Shown here piece by piece: positions 61,796-64,000 of a stretch of 64,000 bases of DNA. Source of the DNA: Antedon mediterranea (Eukaryota; Animalia; Echinodermata); contig NC_092672.1 in assembly GCF_964355755.1 (NCBI RefSeq), positions 19,667,237 through 19,731,236 of the forward strand. The letters are read 5' to 3'. Within the stretch, counting starts at the first letter, position 1. Each line of letters opens with the position of its first letter. The notes beneath the pieces were generated by a model that saw nothing but the letters and a program-made list of their open reading frames with translations, ran no database searches and was not told the origin of the DNA. The translations under genes and the position numbers were made by a program.

Positions 61796-63176
61796 TGTGA
61801 ATGAACACTAAATATGAAAATAGACTGTAAGGAGTGGTAGGCAGTTGGTGCTACAAATTGGTTGAATTGGTAAAGTCAGTATTATAAGTTATTAAGATTT
61901 CAAGTCCAAGTTGAGTCCATAATTTGTAAGTTTGCATTGTAGTTCATATTAAAGCAAGAAATACTACCCTAACTATTATCAGATCAATTTATTTACAAAT
62001 TTGTAATTTACAGTGTACAGTAGTATAGAAGGCTGCAATGAGCAGGTTTGAAAATAAACACTGGAATACTGGATTTGAGTGCAAACAATTTTTGTAAATG
62101 TAAAAATTATACAATTGTGGGGAGGTGTTAAGATTATGGGAGGAATGTCAGAGCCTAAAATTTGGGCAGTCTCTAGGCTTTATTGTTTTTTAACCTAGTC
62201 ACCATGCATACAGATTTACGAAGCCAATTATAATTTGAAAGCAAATTCTATATAATTGACCAAAAAGTATGAAATTTAAAATTGTCATAATAAACAATTT
62301 TTGAATGGCAACCGATTTCTCTTTTGTTGGGGCAGCCCACTTTTATTGCACATATTATGATAAACAATATGATAAAAGTTATATCTATCTATCAATGGAT
62401 ATTTATGTGATACAGTAGTACACATCCTGAGGTTATAAGAGTATAGAAAATATTGTGATATTGTGTTAAAATCTAAATATGATAAAACAATTATACAGTG
62501 AAAATTTATATTACAGAGCTAAAACGATATAAAGAACATTCAGTATTATAAATTTAGATTCAATATAATAATAATAATAATAATAATGATAAGATGTTTT
62601 GTTTAATTCTTTGATAAAATTGTATAGTTTTAAATTGATAAAGAAAGACATTTTGAACATAATGCTTTCAAGATTTACATGAATTATATGATAAAATAAC
62701 AAACTAATATACATTGAAAAACTAAACCCAAACCGAAGTATGGACATACGCCCTCGTTGCTAGCCAGGTTTATTAGCTAGCACCAGTTGTGTCTCGGTCA
62801 TCCCGGACACGAACTTTGAATCCTCTGAATAAAATCAGTACTAGTAAAATGTTTGGAATAATAGTGCAATTTCCGGACAGATTCCATAATTCCCAAAATT
62901 TTTCAGCATTAGCCTGAACCATGTAGGTGGGCTAATTTAAATTTACCAGTAGATCATTACCAAAACTAGCCCTTGATCCCCACAATGGCTCTCTGTATTA
63001 AACTACAAAATGATATCTTAAACCAGTCCATTGACAATGAAAAGACAAATCGGATAAACTTAAAGACACTATATATAGACCTAGATTGTTTGTAAAAATA
63101 AATAATATTACTATACAGACCTATTGCGAAAAAAAAAATTGATTCTAATAATTTTAGCGGCCTGTTTTAAATCCCA

Positions 63177-63435
63177 ACATGCATCGCGTGCGGATTGATA
63201 TTTCATATTGTGAGGTGATGATTGGTCACATGCATCGCGTGCGGATTGGTATTTCATATTGTGAGGTGATGATTGGTCACATGCATCGCGTGCGGATTGA
63301 TATTTCATATTGTGAGGTGATGATTGGTCACATGCATCGCGTGCGGATTGGTATTTCATATTGTGAGGTGATGATTGGTCACATGCATCGCGTGCGGATT
63401 GATATTTCATATTGTGAGGTGATGATTGGTCACAT
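63177..63435. repeat. 51-bp tandem repeat x5 with alternating variants
   Basis: cacatgcatcgcgtgcggattg(a/g)tatttcatattgtgaggtgatgattggt; variants A,G,A,G,A. Confidence 0.95.
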
Positions 63436-64000
63436 GAAAAGGTAAACAAATAAAAGAACCATAACTTTTCAGCTAAAATACCTGGTCTTGCTTACAAAAC
63501 TAAGCTCAACTAAGCTAGATCTAGAAACATCTAGAACTTTCAAAGCTACTTAGGGAGTGCATTAATTTTCTCTTTTATCATAATTAACCATAAAATGCAC
63601 ATTTAATGTTTTTAAAGTTATATATTATTTTTACAAAACGGCAACAATTGCAGATCTAGTGTCTTTAACCAATATTAAAACTGATGTTTTAATTTCTTCA
63701 ATTAAGTCGTAGATTGTATACCTTCCAAAACTCATAAGCGTCGGACGAATCCTTTTTTGTTAGGTTGTTTTCTGACTTAGTGTATTTATTATTATCAAGC
63801 TAAGTAAGAATGCAGTGGCACACCCTCCGCATCTCATTCGTAACGATTCTTACAAAGGACAGTGCTAAACAACCGCCATACAACCACCCCTATTGTATAG
63901 CTGACAGTCAGTAAGCATAAATAAAAGTGTATATACGTAAAAAATGAAACGCCGTGCTTAACTACATATCATCATCATAGAGGATATGTATAATATAGTA

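Larger units (their letters stand above)
58560..62315. repeat. Mosaic of older local direct duplications (A..B C B' A' C')
   Basis: A about 58560-58870 vs A' 61635-61940; B 59738-60440 vs B' 61218-61600; C 60440-61218 vs C' 61935-62315. Confidence 0.75.

Noticed and set aside
63111-63449. Repeat-peptide ORFs on both strands
   Set aside because: By-product of the 51-bp repeat (multiple of 3).

Overview
AT-rich, intron-containing animal (invertebrate-like) genomic DNA; no prokaryotic features. Left: the last 8 exons of a + strand Roco-type gene (COR domain followed by three death domains, stop at 5167). 6.9-26.8 kb: about 65 copies (about 5 kb) of a 78-bp satellite broken by seven insertions: a LINE 3' fragment, three non-autonomous Helitrons that all end at the same A^T of the unit, a Ty3/Gypsy element with identical LTRs, an AcademX DNA transposon and an end-less LINE fragment. 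27.7-47.8 kb: a 22-exon myosin-19 gene on the - strand, with a second AcademX in the P-loop intron and at least five tandem repeats that straddle its splice junctions. Right: foldback/MULE-like MITEs, a full-length CR1/L2-group LINE nested in a TA-flanked DNA element, a Harbinger MITE, local segmental duplications and minisatellites. Most notable: apparent site-specific Helitron insertion in a satellite, decoy splice-site arrays, 36-45 bp palindromic micro-transposons with TSDs, Penelope-type hammerhead motifs, and clustering of unrelated repeat periods at 77-84 bp. All calls were made by eye from motifs; no database searches were run.
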